A stretch of 64,000 nucleotides of DNA from Candidatus Latescibacterota bacterium (GTDB lineage Bacteria; Latescibacterota; UBA2968; UBA8231): positions 2,531,206 through 2,595,205 of the forward strand of contig CBDCSU010000006.1 of assembly GCA_965221775.1 (NCBI GenBank), written 5' to 3'. The translations under genes and the position numbers were made by a program. Position 1 is the stretch's first letter. Each line of letters starts with the position of its first letter. Below, in pieces: positions 27,808 to 38,607 of the stretch. The notes under the pieces were generated by a model. It saw only the letters and a program-made list of their open reading frames with translations. It was not told where the DNA came from and ran no database searches.

Positions 27808-28971
27808 TCAGCCGGTCCCCTGATCGGCCCGCGGCACCCACCTCGGGTGATCCGCACCCCGCCCGTCTGTCCCCCGGGTGAGGAGCCGCTGATTCCGCCC
27901 ATCCGCATCGGCCACCCAGACAGCCGGCGGTTCACCCGTCTTCGCCCGGCAGAAGACGATCTGCCTGCCGTCGGGTGACTCGCTCTGGCGGAAGTCCCAG
28001 ACCGGCGGGTCCGAGCGGGTGAGCTGCACAAGCGCCCCGTCGCCCGGATCGATCCGGCAGATCTCGGTGCCGCCGCGGGCCAGCTCCGGCTTGAAATCGC
28101 GGTTGAAGTGGTCCATGTCCGGACGCTGCGGCTGGTGCTCCCAGGCCACCTTGGAACCGGCCAGGCGGCGCGACACCAGGATCGACCCGTCCCGTGACCA
28201 GACCGGCATGTTGGAACCGCCCCCCTTGGTCTCGGGAGAGCCGTAGGACGCCCCGAACCACAGGGCCTGCCCGTCGGTCAGCTGCCGCTGCTCGGAACCG
28301 TCCGGGCGGTTGATGAACAGATCGGACCAGTCGTGGCCGGAGTCGTGCCGGTAGAGGCATCCCTGGTACACCAGCCACTCGCCGTCCGCGGACCAGTTCG
28401 GACCGAAGAACAGGTACTCCTCGTGAGCCGCCACCAGGACGCGGTTCCCCCCGTCCACGTCGCTGGTCCAGATCTGGTACCCCGAGGGACTGACGAGGTG
28501 GAAAGCGATCCGGCTGCCGTCCGGGCTGAGACTGAGCCCGTACGCCAGGCCCTCGCCCGCCTGCGTCACCTCGCGCGCATCCGTGCCGTCCAGGTTCATG
28601 CTGTAGGCCTGGGCCGTCCTGTCCGCAAAGATGACCTGCACGAGCATGCGCCCGTCCCTCAGCAGGAGGTACGGCTGCTGGGAGACGGCCAGGCGCTCGC
28701 GGGTGAGTATCTCCTCGAGCACGTCCCGCTCGGGATCGTAGATCCAGGTGTGCGTGGGTGTCAGGTGGTAGTACTCGTCGAAGGACTTGCCCGGCCCGTC
28801 GCGCCGCGCCTCCATGCTGGTGAGCAGCATCCTGCCGTCGGCGAAGAACTCGCCGGGGTGCCAGGTCTCCTGAAGGGGCACGTCGAACTCGAAGTAACGC
28901 AGACCGCTGCCGTCGGCGTTCATGATCGCCGTCCGGCCCCGGGACACGAAGACGATGCGGTTTGCCATCAC
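27808..28971 (-). CDS. TolB-like/PD40 beta-propeller protein
   Basis: Repeated SPDG/WSADG/WSRDG and MNADGS/MNLDGT motifs. Confidence 0.8.
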   Translation of the reverse strand: MMANRIVFVSRGRTAIMNADGSGLRYFEFDVPLQETWHPGEFFADGRMLLTSMEARRDGPGKSFDEYYHLTPTHTWIYDPERDVLEEILTRERLAVSQQPYLLLRDGRMLVQVIFADRTAQAYSMNLDGTDAREVTQAGEGLAYGLSLSPDGSRIAFHLVSPSGYQIWTSDVDGGNRVLVAAHEEYLFFGPNWSADGEWLVYQGCLYRHDSGHDWSDLFINRPDGSEQRQLTDGQALWFGASYGSPETKGGGSNMPVWSRDGSILVSRRLAGSKVAWEHQPQRPDMDHFNRDFKPELARGGTEICRIDPGDGALVQLTRSDPPVWDFRQSESPDGRQIVFCRAKTGEPPAVWVADADGRNQRLLTRGTDGRGADHPRWVPRADQGTG

Positions 28972-31046
28972 TTCTGCTGGTCAGGGCCGTTCAGCGGCGG
29001 CGCCGCTTCCGGCGCGACGGGGAGGCGGGGGCGGTACTCATCGCGTCGGAGGCCGATGCGCTCCAGCGGCAGCGGCTGGAAGCCGGTGACGCGCAGGATC
29101 CGGGCGTCGTCGCGCAGGGCCCAACCGGCGCGGGCCGGGTCCTCCGGGTCGACCCAGCCCGGATCGCCGGCTTCGGGGACGAGCCAGTTGTCGCGGATGT
29201 CGATGAGCTTCTCCTCGGCCAGCCAGAAGATCCGCAGCCACCAGCCGTCGACGAAGAGATTGCGCAGGAAGCGGTTGCCCTCGGGCGGCACGCCCGTGCC
29301 GGCGGCGACCCAGCGGTCGATCTCCATCAGCTCGGGATAGCGCTCGGAGTAGGGCGGGTTGTGGTGATCCATCTCTCGCAGGCTCTCCGCCAGCCCCAGC
29401 ACCCCGTTGGACCAGACCGGGCTCTTGTCGAGGCCGCGGGCGTCGATGCCGATGGCCGGGTGGTTGTCGACGAAGACGTTGTTCTCCACGAGGCAGTCGC
29501 GCCCGCCTCCGATGCCGACGGCGCATTGCGTGTTCACGATGAGGTTGCCGTACACGGTGATGCCACTGACGCAGTCGTCGAGATAGACGACGAGGGCCTC
29601 CCCGTTGCCGGGGCCGCGAATGTCGTGCATGTGGTTGTAGCGAATGATGTTGTCGCGGTAGGTCCAGTCGCGGCCCGTGTAGATGGCGCCCACGTCGCCG
29701 GTCTCGTGACATACGTGGTGGATGTGGTTGTACTCGATCAGGTGGTCATTGCCCCAGAACAGGATGGCGCAGTGCGGGTGGTCGTGGATCTCGTTGTTGG
29801 AGACGCGCGTGCCGACGCCCTCCAGGTTCACCGCCGGGTAGTAGCAGCGCGACCAGCGGGCCTGGTGATGGAAGTGGCAGTTGTGGACGAAGTGCCGGCA
29901 GGGGGTGATGATCTTGCGGTCGCCCCCGCGGAGGCTGACGCCGCCGTCGCCGTTGTTCCAGATATCGCAGCTCTGCACGCCGTGGTCGGTGCCGCCGTCG
30001 ATCCAGACGCCGTAGTTGCCGGTGTTCGAGATGCGGCAGCCGGCGACCAGGCAGCCGGTGCCGCCTTTGACGGCGACGGCGTGGCCCCGGGTGGCGGTGA
30101 GCTCGAGGTCGCGCAGGACGACGTGGCGGGCACCCCCGAGAGCGATGAGGGGACTCTCGAGAAGCGACATCATGACCTCGGCGCTCCCCAGGGGTTTGGT
30201 GGGCCACAAGTAGAGGATGCCGGCGGCGCGGTCGACGAAGTACTCGCCCGGCGAGTCGAGCTCCTCGAGGATGTTGAGGAAGTAGATCCTGTTTCCGGGC
30301 TTGAACCCGTGATGGCCGTGAGGCGGGCGGGTCTTGACGAGGCGCGCCTCGGTGTCAATGGAGGCGATGCGCTCGTAGCTGTTGGCCCAGTCGTAGGCCC
30401 AGTAGCCGTGCACCCAGGCGTCGTCCACGGTCGCCCACCGGCGCGGGCGGTCCCCTTCGTAGAAGAAGCCTTCTTCCAGGAGCCCCAGTTGCATGCCGTG
30501 GCCGTCGTCGCGGCTCTTGCCCTCGGGATAGCCGGCCATGCGGGCGAAGGGCTCGTCGGCATCGGCGTTCGGCCAGCGGGCCACCGTCTGCGGCTCGCCG
30601 TCGACGAAGAGCTCCACGTGGGCCGCCGCCATCTTGCGGCCGAAACCGCGAGACCGCATCGGCGACAGGCGCCCGAGGCCGAGGGCGTCGAGGTCCACCT
30701 GGCGTACGTGGCGGCGCGCGGCCGGGTCCAGCCGCGCCCGGACGGCGGGATCGCGCACCGGGGTGAAGCCGGAGAGGGTGATGCCGCCGAGGAGGCGCAC
30801 CCGTTGATCCGGCAGGGCCCGCCAGGTCACCGGAGCCTCGGGACGGCCGCCGTCGCGGCGGCCCAGGCGCAGGGTCTCGGTGAGCGGGTAGTCGCCGCCG
30901 CCTATCCAGACGGTGCTGCCGGCGCGCTCTTCCACCGGCAGGGCTCGCAGGGCATCGCGGGCGCGGGCCAGAGTGGCGAAGGGCCACTCTTGGGTGCCGG
31001 AGTGTGTGTCCTTGCCATCGACGGCGACGTGGATCTCAATGCTCAC
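28968..31046 (-). CDS. Right-handed parallel beta-helix protein (putative glycan-active enzyme)
   Basis: GT.E.PFATLARARDA, GG.Y.L.ETL, ARWPN, LEELDSPGEY, N.IH repeats, DVGAIY and YLDD. Confidence 0.85.
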   Translation of the reverse strand: MSIEIHVAVDGKDTHSGTQEWPFATLARARDALRALPVEERAGSTVWIGGGDYPLTETLRLGRRDGGRPEAPVTWRALPDQRVRLLGGITLSGFTPVRDPAVRARLDPAARRHVRQVDLDALGLGRLSPMRSRGFGRKMAAAHVELFVDGEPQTVARWPNADADEPFARMAGYPEGKSRDDGHGMQLGLLEEGFFYEGDRPRRWATVDDAWVHGYWAYDWANSYERIASIDTEARLVKTRPPHGHHGFKPGNRIYFLNILEELDSPGEYFVDRAAGILYLWPTKPLGSAEVMMSLLESPLIALGGARHVVLRDLELTATRGHAVAVKGGTGCLVAGCRISNTGNYGVWIDGGTDHGVQSCDIWNNGDGGVSLRGGDRKIITPCRHFVHNCHFHHQARWSRCYYPAVNLEGVGTRVSNNEIHDHPHCAILFWGNDHLIEYNHIHHVCHETGDVGAIYTGRDWTYRDNIIRYNHMHDIRGPGNGEALVVYLDDCVSGITVYGNLIVNTQCAVGIGGGRDCLVENNVFVDNHPAIGIDARGLDKSPVWSNGVLGLAESLREMDHHNPPYSERYPELMEIDRWVAAGTGVPPEGNRFLRNLFVDGWWLRIFWLAEEKLIDIRDNWLVPEAGDPGWVDPEDPARAGWALRDDARILRVTGFQPLPLERIGLRRDEYRPRLPVAPEAAPPLNGPDQQK

Positions 31047-31087
31047 GGCGGGTCTCCATATGAGGGTACGCAGGTCGGGCGGCGCTG

Positions 31088-32080
31088 CTAGCGCGCCTTG
31101 ACCGTGGTCCGGGTGCGGTCGCTCTTGCGGATCATGTCCATCAGTCTTGCGAAGCGCAGGCCGACCTCGGCCGGACAGGGATTGGCCTGTCGGCCGGCCC
31201 GGACCTTGAGAAACTGCTCCCACACGCCCCGGGAGCGGGGGCAGCGGACCTCGGCGAAGGCGCCTTCCTTCACCGGTTTGAAGAGCAGCCGCTCTCCCCA
31301 GATCCCGGTCCGCAGGATCCCCCGGTCGCCGATGACGGTGACTTCGGAGGTGCAGTGGATGGAGTCGCCGGCCGCTGCCAGCGAGAGCAGGGTGCCGTCG
31401 CGGAAGCGGCCGCTCACGGTCGAGTTGATGTCGACGGGCGTGCCGCAGTCATCCATCAGGGCGCAGACCTCGACCACGTCCTGGTCGATGAGATCGACGA
31501 CCGTGTTGACCATGTGCGATCCCGTGTCGAAGAGGAATCCCCCTCCCGAGATCTCCGGGTCCTGCCGCCACTGGCCGACGGTGACCGCCTTCCAGTTCTG
31601 GTGCACGTAGGCGGAGACGGACGTTACCTGGCCCAGCTTTCCGCCGGCGATCATCTGCCTGGCCTTCTTGACCGCCGGCGACAGGCTGCCCGGGAAGGCG
31701 ACGACGAGCAGCTTCCGGACTTCGTCACGGATCCTGATCAGGCGCCTCGCCTCGGAGGCGTTGATCACCATCGGCTTCTCGAGCAGGACGTCGACGCCGG
31801 CCCGCAGGCAGTCCCGGGCGTTCTCCAGGTGGAACTTGTGCGGCGTGTTGATGAAAGCCGTGTCGGGCGCGCCCTGGGCGGCGATGAGTGCCTTGATCGT
31901 GTCGTAGAAGGGCGGGCACCTCCTGCCCCGGCTCTCGAAGAGGTCGCGGGTCAGCTGCCGTTGGTCATCGGCGACCTCGACGAGGCCGCAGATGCGAGTG
32001 TTGGACATGTCGAGCATGACGCTCATGTGGTGGCGGGCCATGCCGCCAGTGCCCACGACGATCGCCGAGGTCTTGGCCAT
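31088..32080 (-). CDS. Gfo/Idh/MocA oxidoreductase
   Basis: VVGTGGMA, TPH, DVLLEKP and GGGFLFDTGSH. Confidence 0.9.
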   Translation of the reverse strand: MAKTSAIVVGTGGMARHHMSVMLDMSNTRICGLVEVADDQRQLTRDLFESRGRRCPPFYDTIKALIAAQGAPDTAFINTPHKFHLENARDCLRAGVDVLLEKPMVINASEARRLIRIRDEVRKLLVVAFPGSLSPAVKKARQMIAGGKLGQVTSVSAYVHQNWKAVTVGQWRQDPEISGGGFLFDTGSHMVNTVVDLIDQDVVEVCALMDDCGTPVDINSTVSGRFRDGTLLSLAAAGDSIHCTSEVTVIGDRGILRTGIWGERLLFKPVKEGAFAEVRCPRSRGVWEQFLKVRAGRQANPCPAEVGLRFARLMDMIRKSDRTRTTVKAR

Positions 32081-32254
32081 TGCTCTTCTCCGGGGGCTCC
32101 CGGCTCCCTGGTATCGAAAACCCGATGGCGGTTAGTATAGACCTCGGCCAGGCGGGACGGCAGGCTTGCCGTGGCCCCATGACGAACGGTCTTGCCTCGC
32201 CGCACGGCCTCCCTCGACCTCGGCGCACACGCTTACTTTCGGGACGGGCTGTTC

Positions 32255-33973
32255 ATGGACCGACTCCTTCCCTTCCTCCGCTGGCTCCCGGAGCTGCGCC
32301 GCCCCGGCGTCCTGCGGCGCGATCTGGTGGCCGGCGTCACCGTGGCCGCCGTGCTCGTCCCCCAGGCCATGGCCTACGCCGAGCTGGCGGGGCTGCCCTC
32401 CGTGTACGGTCTCTACGCCGCCTTCCTGCCGCCGGTGATCGCCGCCTTCTGGGGGTCCTCCCGGCACCTGGCCACCGGACCCGTGGCCATGGCCTCCCTG
32501 ATCAGCGCCGCCACCGTGGGGTCGGTGGCCTCCGCCGGCACCGAGGCCTTCGTCTCCTGCTCGATCCTGCTGGCCCTGATGGTCGGGGTCCTGCGGCTGG
32601 CCCTCGGACTGCTGCGCCTGGGGATGCTGGTCAGCCTGCTCTCCGTGCCGGTCATCGCCGGCTTCACCAACGCCGCCGCCCTGATCATCGCCAGCTCGCA
32701 GCTGCACCACCTTCTCGGTGTCGATGCCGAGGCGGGGGCCTTCCATCTGCAGACGGTGGGGCGGGTGCTGGCAGCGGCCGCGGGGGATCTCCGCTGGACG
32801 ACGGCGGCCATGGCGGTCCTGGCCGCCGCCATTCTCATCCTGCTCCGGCACCGCTTCGAGAAGGTCCTCGCCGCGGTGGCCGTCACCACCGCCCTCTCCT
32901 GGGCGGCGGGCTTCGACGGCGAGGTGGTGGGCCACGTCCCGGGGGGGCTGCCCGCCTTCGAGCTGCCGGCGGTCGACCTCGGCCTGGTCCTGCAACTGCT
33001 GCCCGGCGCCGCGGTCCTGACCCTCATCGGCCTCATGGAAGCGATGTCGATCGCCAAGACGATCGCGGCGCGCAGCAAGCACCACATCGACGTCGACCAG
33101 GAGCTCGTCGGGCAGGGCCTGGCCAACGTGGCGGGCAGCCTCTTCGGCTCGTACGCCGTCTCCGGCTCGTTCTCGCGGTCGATGGTCAACTTCACCAACG
33201 GCGCGGTGACGGGCTTCGCCTCCGCCGTGACCTCCGCCGCCGTCCTCCTCACCCTCCTGGTCCTGACCCCACTCTTCCACCACCTGCCCCGGGCGACGCT
33301 GGCGGTCATCATCGTCGCCGCCGTTCTCGGCCTCGTGCGCATCCAGCCGGTCCGCCTCGCCTGGAGGGTGTCGCGCACCGACGCCCTCATCGCCGCCGTC
33401 ACCTTCGCCGCCACCCTCGCCCTGGCCCCCGCCCTTCACTGGGGCATCCTCATCGGCGTCGCCCTCTCCCTGCTGCAGTACCTGCGCCGCACCATGCGTC
33501 CCCACGTGGCCTACCTCGCCCGCCACCCGGAGGGCCATCTCGTCGACGCCGACGCCCACGGCCTGGCCCTCGGTCAGCGCATCGCCATCCTGCGTTTCGA
33601 CGGCGGTCTCTACTTCGGGGACGCCGGCTGGTTCGAGGACAAGGTGCTCGAGGCGCTGTCGCGGCTGCCGCAGCTGCGTTATCTCGTCTTCGACGCGGGG
33701 GGCATCAACGACATCGATGTCACCGGAGTGGAGGCCCTGCGCCGCGCCGTCGAGGAGTTGCGGGGCGTCGGGGTGGAGGTCCACGTGACCCGTGTCAAGC
33801 ACGGGGTCTACCAGGTCCTCGAGAGCACCGGCCTGGCCGACGAGATCGGCGAATCCCGCTTCCACGACTGGAACCAGCACGCCCTCGAAGAGCTGTGGGA
33901 CCAGATGGAGCCCTCGTACCGGGACCGCTGCCCCCTCAACGTGCCGACCCCGGAGGACGCCGCCGACCGGTAA
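32255..33973 (+). CDS. sulP: SulP/SLC26 anion permease with STAS domain
   Basis: DLVAGVTVAAVLVPQAMAYAELAGLP..YGLY, GSSRHL.TGP, DQEL, GSFSRS and a STAS domain (DGGLYF, IDVTG). Confidence 0.93.
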   Translation: MDRLLPFLRWLPELRRPGVLRRDLVAGVTVAAVLVPQAMAYAELAGLPSVYGLYAAFLPPVIAAFWGSSRHLATGPVAMASLISAATVGSVASAGTEAFVSCSILLALMVGVLRLALGLLRLGMLVSLLSVPVIAGFTNAAALIIASSQLHHLLGVDAEAGAFHLQTVGRVLAAAAGDLRWTTAAMAVLAAAILILLRHRFEKVLAAVAVTTALSWAAGFDGEVVGHVPGGLPAFELPAVDLGLVLQLLPGAAVLTLIGLMEAMSIAKTIAARSKHHIDVDQELVGQGLANVAGSLFGSYAVSGSFSRSMVNFTNGAVTGFASAVTSAAVLLTLLVLTPLFHHLPRATLAVIIVAAVLGLVRIQPVRLAWRVSRTDALIAAVTFAATLALAPALHWGILIGVALSLLQYLRRTMRPHVAYLARHPEGHLVDADAHGLALGQRIAILRFDGGLYFGDAGWFEDKVLEALSRLPQLRYLVFDAGGINDIDVTGVEALRRAVEELRGVGVEVHVTRVKHGVYQVLESTGLADEIGESRFHDWNQHALEELWDQMEPSYRDRCPLNVPTPEDAADR

Positions 33974-34086
33974 GGCGATCGGCGAGGTTCGTCAGGGGGC
34001 TCAGGCGGGGCCGGCGGAAACGGGACGCCGGCCCGCAGGGTTGACTCGGGAGAGACGGACTCCGGCCGGGGGGCCGGATCGGGGCT

Positions 34087-34818
34087 TCAGGAGGCCGAGG
34101 CGGTGCTCGGCTGGCGGCGGCCTCCGGGGTAGAGCCGCCCCACCTCGCGGCCGAACCGGTAGGAGATGTCGACCTTCTCCACGGGCTCGTCGCGGTAGTC
34201 GAAGCGGGTCACGGCGCCGTGGATGGTCAGGGTCAGGTCGGACACGTCCGAGTGCAGGCTGCGGAAGACGAGGAACCCCTCCAGCTCCTGGCCGCTGAAG
34301 ATCATCTCCTTGGGGAACATGGTGCGGTTGAGCAGGTCCTGGCGCTCGCGGAAGCGGCCGTACTCGTTGCCCCGGTAGCCTTGGGCGTAGGCGCGGTAGT
34401 AGTTGGTCAGCTGCAGGATGTCGAGGGACCAGTACTCGCGTCCGTTGTCGGCGTAGAGGGCGATCTTCATCGGATCGACGAGAACCTTGGGATACTCGTA
34501 GTTCTTCACGCTCAGCAGGAAGACGGTGAAGCGGTCTTCCGACTCCTGCTCCGGGCGCTCGGCGTTTCCGAAGGTGTAGGGGTTCGTCGAGTGGACGCCG
34601 TGGACGGAGGCCGACTGGAAGCGCCGGTTGAGCTCGTCCTCGGTCATGGGCCGCACCCGGACCTCCAACCGGCCCTGGGTGAAGTGGACGCCCCCGTCGT
34701 CCTGCACCTCCAGGTGGGGCGCCTGCGACCCGAGGGGCTGAAGGGGTTCGGCGTAGTAGGAATAGCCGCAACCGAGGGTGAGCAGAATGAGGGGCAGGGC
34801 GGCTCCGAGGCGTCTCAT
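34087..34818 (-). CDS. Hypothetical lipoprotein
   Basis: MRR, hydrophobic stretch and LTLGC lipobox, followed by a beta-rich mature part. Confidence 0.7.
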   Translation of the reverse strand: MRRLGAALPLILLTLGCGYSYYAEPLQPLGSQAPHLEVQDDGGVHFTQGRLEVRVRPMTEDELNRRFQSASVHGVHSTNPYTFGNAERPEQESEDRFTVFLLSVKNYEYPKVLVDPMKIALYADNGREYWSLDILQLTNYYRAYAQGYRGNEYGRFRERQDLLNRTMFPKEMIFSGQELEGFLVFRSLHSDVSDLTLTIHGAVTRFDYRDEPVEKVDISYRFGREVGRLYPGGRRQPSTASAS

Positions 34819-34854
34819 CTTCCGTGCTCCGGCGAGGGCGAGTACCTTGGTCAG

Positions 34855-35676
34855 ATGATCTGCGGCAGTTTACGCCGTCCCTCCCCGAAAGGCAAGCCTC
34901 TGGCGATTCCCGCCCTCGGCCTGTGCTGGCTGTTCGGGTTGCTCTGCCAGGAGGCGGCCCAGGCCGGCGAGCGCGCCCTGGACCTCGGCGGCGGCGTCGG
35001 GATGCGGCTGGTGTGGATTCCCCCCGGCGAGTTCGTCATGGGCGGCGCCCGTCCGCTTCCGCACCAGCCGGGGGGCCGGCAGGTGCGGGTACGTCTCACC
35101 CGCGGATTCTACCTCGGCGCCACCGAGATCACCCAGGAACAGTGGACCGCGGTGATGGGCTCGCGGCCGTGGGCGGGACGGCCCCACGTGGTGGAGGATC
35201 CCGCCCGCCCGGCGGTGTTCCTGTCTTGGACGGATCTGCAGCTGTTCACCGGGCGCCTGACCGCCCGCAGCGGCGAGCGGGTGCGCCTGCCCACCGAGGC
35301 GGAGTGGGAGTACGCCTGCCGCTCCGGCGGTGAACCGGCGGCGAGCGGGACGGCCTGGTACCACGACAACGCCTTCGCCGATCCCCCCGCCGCCGCCCGG
35401 GCGGTGGCGCTGAAGCCCCCCGACTCCCTGGGGCTCCATGACATGCGCGGCAATGTCTGGGAGTGGGTGGCGGACTGGTACTCCCCCGGGTACGGCCTGC
35501 GTGGCCGGCAGGGCGTCGTCGTCGATCCGCGGGGCCCGGAGCGGGGGCGACATCGCGTCAAACGGGGGGGCAGCTTCTACGACTTCGCCGAGTCCGTCCA
35601 CTGCGGCGCCCGCGACGGCTACTCCGAACCGGGCCGGTACGTCAACATCGGCGCCCGCGTCCTCGTCGAGCCCTGA
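34855..35676 (+). CDS. FGE-sulfatase/SUMF1-domain protein
   Basis: IPPGEFVMG, RLPTEAEWEYACR, GLHDMRGNVWEW and RGGSF. The catalytic Cys pair is absent. Start uncertain. Confidence 0.85.
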   Translation: MICGSLRRPSPKGKPLAIPALGLCWLFGLLCQEAAQAGERALDLGGGVGMRLVWIPPGEFVMGGARPLPHQPGGRQVRVRLTRGFYLGATEITQEQWTAVMGSRPWAGRPHVVEDPARPAVFLSWTDLQLFTGRLTARSGERVRLPTEAEWEYACRSGGEPAASGTAWYHDNAFADPPAAARAVALKPPDSLGLHDMRGNVWEWVADWYSPGYGLRGRQGVVVDPRGPERGRHRVKRGGSFYDFAESVHCGARDGYSEPGRYVNIGARVLVEP

Positions 35677-35688
35677 GCGGCGCCGCCG

Positions 35689-38607
35689 GTGTCGGTCCGC
35701 ACGGTCCTGCTGAGCGCGGCGATCTGGCTGCCGGCCCTGGGCTGCCTCTCCGGCGCGGGCAGGGAGCCGGCGGCGGATACCCCCTTCCGTTTCGTGGAGC
35801 GGACGGCCGAGGCCGGTCTCGACTTCGAGCACGTCTCCGGCGGTCCCGAGCAGCGCTACATCCTCGAGTCGATGTCGTCCGGCGCCGTGTTCTTCGACGC
35901 CGACGGCGACGACGACCAGGACATCTTCCTGGTCAACAGCTCCCGCATCTCCTCGCATCCGGCCGGCGTCGGCAACCGCCTCTACCGCAACGTCCCCGGC
36001 CCAAGAGGAGGCCGCGCCTTCGAGGACGCGACCCCGGGTTCGGGCCTGGGCCGGGGCGGCTGGGGAATGGGCGCCGCCGCCGGCGATACCGACAACGACG
36101 GCGACGTCGATCTCTACGTGACCTATTGGGGCGAGAACCTCCTCTTCGAGAACGCCGGCGACGGCCGCTTCACCGACGTCACCGCCGCCGCCGGCGTCGG
36201 GGACCCGGGCTGGGGAACCAGCGCCGCCTTCGGCGACCTCGACGACGACGGCCTCCTCGATCTGTTCGTGGCCAACTACCTCGTCTTCGACCTGGAGGCC
36301 CCCCCGGGAGGGGGCCTGCCCTGCAGCGGCTGGCGGGGGCTGGACGTCTACTGCGGCCCCCAAGGGCTGGAGCCGCAGGCCAACGTCGTCTACCGCAACG
36401 AGGGATCCGGGCGGTTCTCGGACCGCAGCCGCGAGACCGGCGTCTCGGGCCACCGCCAGCCGAGCCTGGGGGTGGTTCTCGGCGACTACGACGGCGACGG
36501 CGACCAGGACCTCTACGTGGCCAACGACGGCTACCCCAACGTCCACTACCGCAACGACGGCCGCTGGCGCCTGACCGAGGTCGCCGCCTGGGCGGGTACC
36601 GCCTACAGCGAGGACGGACGCCTCCAGGCGGGCATGGGTGCGGCCTCGGGCGACTACGACGGCGACGGGGACCTGGACCTGTTCGTCACCAACTTCTCGG
36701 ACGACGTCAACACCCTCTACCAGAACCAGGGCGAGGGCCGCTTCCGGGACCACACGGGGGGCGTCGGTCTGGCCGCCGGCGCCCGTCCCTTTCTCGGCTG
36801 GTCCACGGCGTTCTTCGATGCCGACGCCGACGGCTGGCTCGACCTGTTCGTGGCCAACGGGCACATCTACCCCCAGGTCGATATGCTCCCTTCCGGCACC
36901 CGTTACGCCCAGCGGAATCTGCTATACCGGAACCGGGGCGGCCGCTTCGAGCCCGTCGACGGCGGTCCCGGAATGGCGCTGGTCCGGGTCAGCCGGGGGG
37001 CGGCCCTGGCCGACTACGACAACGACGGCGACACCGACCTGCTGGTGGTAAACCTGAACGGGCCGCCGGACCTGCTGCACAATACCGGCCGGCCGCGGCA
37101 CTGGCTGGGGCTGCGCCTGCGGGGCCGGGAGGGCAACCGCGACGCCCTGGGCGCGAGGGTGCGCCTCCACGGCGGCGCCCTGGTGCAGACGCGGGAGGTT
37201 CAGCGGGCCGTGGGCTACCTGTCGCAGAGCGACCCCCGGCTGCTCTTCGGACTGGGAGAGGAGCCCGAGGTGGACAGTGTCGTGGTGCGCTGGCCCGGCG
37301 GCCGGCGGCAGGTGCTGCGCGGCCTGGCCCCGGGGCGCTACCACGTGGTGGAGGAGGGCGTCTCCGAGCCGGTGGCCTCCTACGCCGGGGCCGACACCCT
37401 GTCCTTTCCGGGGAGGGCGGGGGCCGTCGCCGCGGCGGTGCCCGCGGCCCCCGACGCGTACGATCCCGGGGCCGGCGGGACCGTGGAGGAGCACTACCGC
37501 CGGGGGCGGCAGCTGTACGACCAGGGCCGCTACGAGGAGGCCGTCGCCGCCTTCCGGTGGCTCGCGGAGGGGCATCCCGACTTCCTGCCGGCGCGCTACT
37601 CGCTGGCCGTGGGCCTCTACTCGGCCATGGGCCGCATCGACGAGGCGCGCGGGATTCTCGAGGAGATCGTGGCCCTGGACTCGACCCGGGCCGAGGCCTT
37701 CCGCCTGCTCGGCGTCGTCCACCTGAGCCAGGACCGGCCGCGGGAGGCGGTCTCGGCCCTGCGCCGGGCGGTGGGGCTCGACTCGGCGGACTGGGACAGC
37801 CGCACCCGGCTCGGGCTGGCCCTGGTGCGGCTCGGCGATGCGGAGCCCGCGGCGGCGGCCTTCCGGCAGGCCGCCCGGCTGGCCCCGTGGAAGCCCCAGC
37901 CTCACCTGCATCTGGCCGATCTTCTCGAGGGGCAGGGGCGCTCCCGGGAGGCGGCGGAGCACCGCCGGATCTTCGACCGCCTGCGGCCGGCCGAGGAGGC
38001 GGTGCGGCGCGCCCGGCGGCAGGTGCGCGAGTTCCCCGCCGACGCCCGGCTCCACTACCGTCTCGGCCTGGCCTACCTGGCCCAGGCACGCAACCGGGCC
38101 GCGGCGGGATCCTTCCGCGCCGCCCTCGACCTCGATTCGACCCTGGCCGCCGCCCACCACGGCCTGGGCGCGGCTCATCACCTGCGCGGCGATCTGGCCG
38201 CGGCGATCGAGGCCTACCGCCGGTCCACGCGGCTCGATCCGGCGCGGCTCTCCGGCCACGCCGACCTGGCCCAGGCATGCATGGAGGCGCGCCGTTTCGA
38301 AGAGGCCGTCTCGGCTCTCGACGCGGCCCTTCGGCTCGATGCGGGACGGCTCGAGCTGCGCACCCGGCGCGGCCTGGCGGCGGCCTTGGCCGGCCGCATC
38401 GACGAGGGCCTGCGCGATCTGCGGTCGGTGCTCCGGGCGGACCCCGGACGGGTGGAAAACCGCGTGGCTCTGGCCGAGGTCTGCACGATGGCGGGGCTCC
38501 TGCCGGAGGCGGCGCAACAATGGGAGGCGGTGCTGCGCCTCGATCCGGCCCATCCGGCGGCTGGACCGCGGCTACGGGAGTTGAGACAGCGGATGGCCGG
38601 GGGGTGA
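35689..38607 (+). CDS. CRTAC1-like FG-GAP repeat + ASPIC/UnbV + TPR protein
   Basis: Seven DxDxDGxxD(L/I) loops, NRDALGARV, YLSQSDPRLLFGLG, VRWP.G and C-terminal TPRs. Confidence 0.9.
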   Translation: MSVRTVLLSAAIWLPALGCLSGAGREPAADTPFRFVERTAEAGLDFEHVSGGPEQRYILESMSSGAVFFDADGDDDQDIFLVNSSRISSHPAGVGNRLYRNVPGPRGGRAFEDATPGSGLGRGGWGMGAAAGDTDNDGDVDLYVTYWGENLLFENAGDGRFTDVTAAAGVGDPGWGTSAAFGDLDDDGLLDLFVANYLVFDLEAPPGGGLPCSGWRGLDVYCGPQGLEPQANVVYRNEGSGRFSDRSRETGVSGHRQPSLGVVLGDYDGDGDQDLYVANDGYPNVHYRNDGRWRLTEVAAWAGTAYSEDGRLQAGMGAASGDYDGDGDLDLFVTNFSDDVNTLYQNQGEGRFRDHTGGVGLAAGARPFLGWSTAFFDADADGWLDLFVANGHIYPQVDMLPSGTRYAQRNLLYRNRGGRFEPVDGGPGMALVRVSRGAALADYDNDGDTDLLVVNLNGPPDLLHNTGRPRHWLGLRLRGREGNRDALGARVRLHGGALVQTREVQRAVGYLSQSDPRLLFGLGEEPEVDSVVVRWPGGRRQVLRGLAPGRYHVVEEGVSEPVASYAGADTLSFPGRAGAVAAAVPAAPDAYDPGAGGTVEEHYRRGRQLYDQGRYEEAVAAFRWLAEGHPDFLPARYSLAVGLYSAMGRIDEARGILEEIVALDSTRAEAFRLLGVVHLSQDRPREAVSALRRAVGLDSADWDSRTRLGLALVRLGDAEPAAAAFRQAARLAPWKPQPHLHLADLLEGQGRSREAAEHRRIFDRLRPAEEAVRRARRQVREFPADARLHYRLGLAYLAQARNRAAAGSFRAALDLDSTLAAAHHGLGAAHHLRGDLAAAIEAYRRSTRLDPARLSGHADLAQACMEARRFEEAVSALDAALRLDAGRLELRTRRGLAAALAGRIDEGLRDLRSVLRADPGRVENRVALAEVCTMAGLLPEAAQQWEAVLRLDPAHPAAGPRLRELRQRMAGG

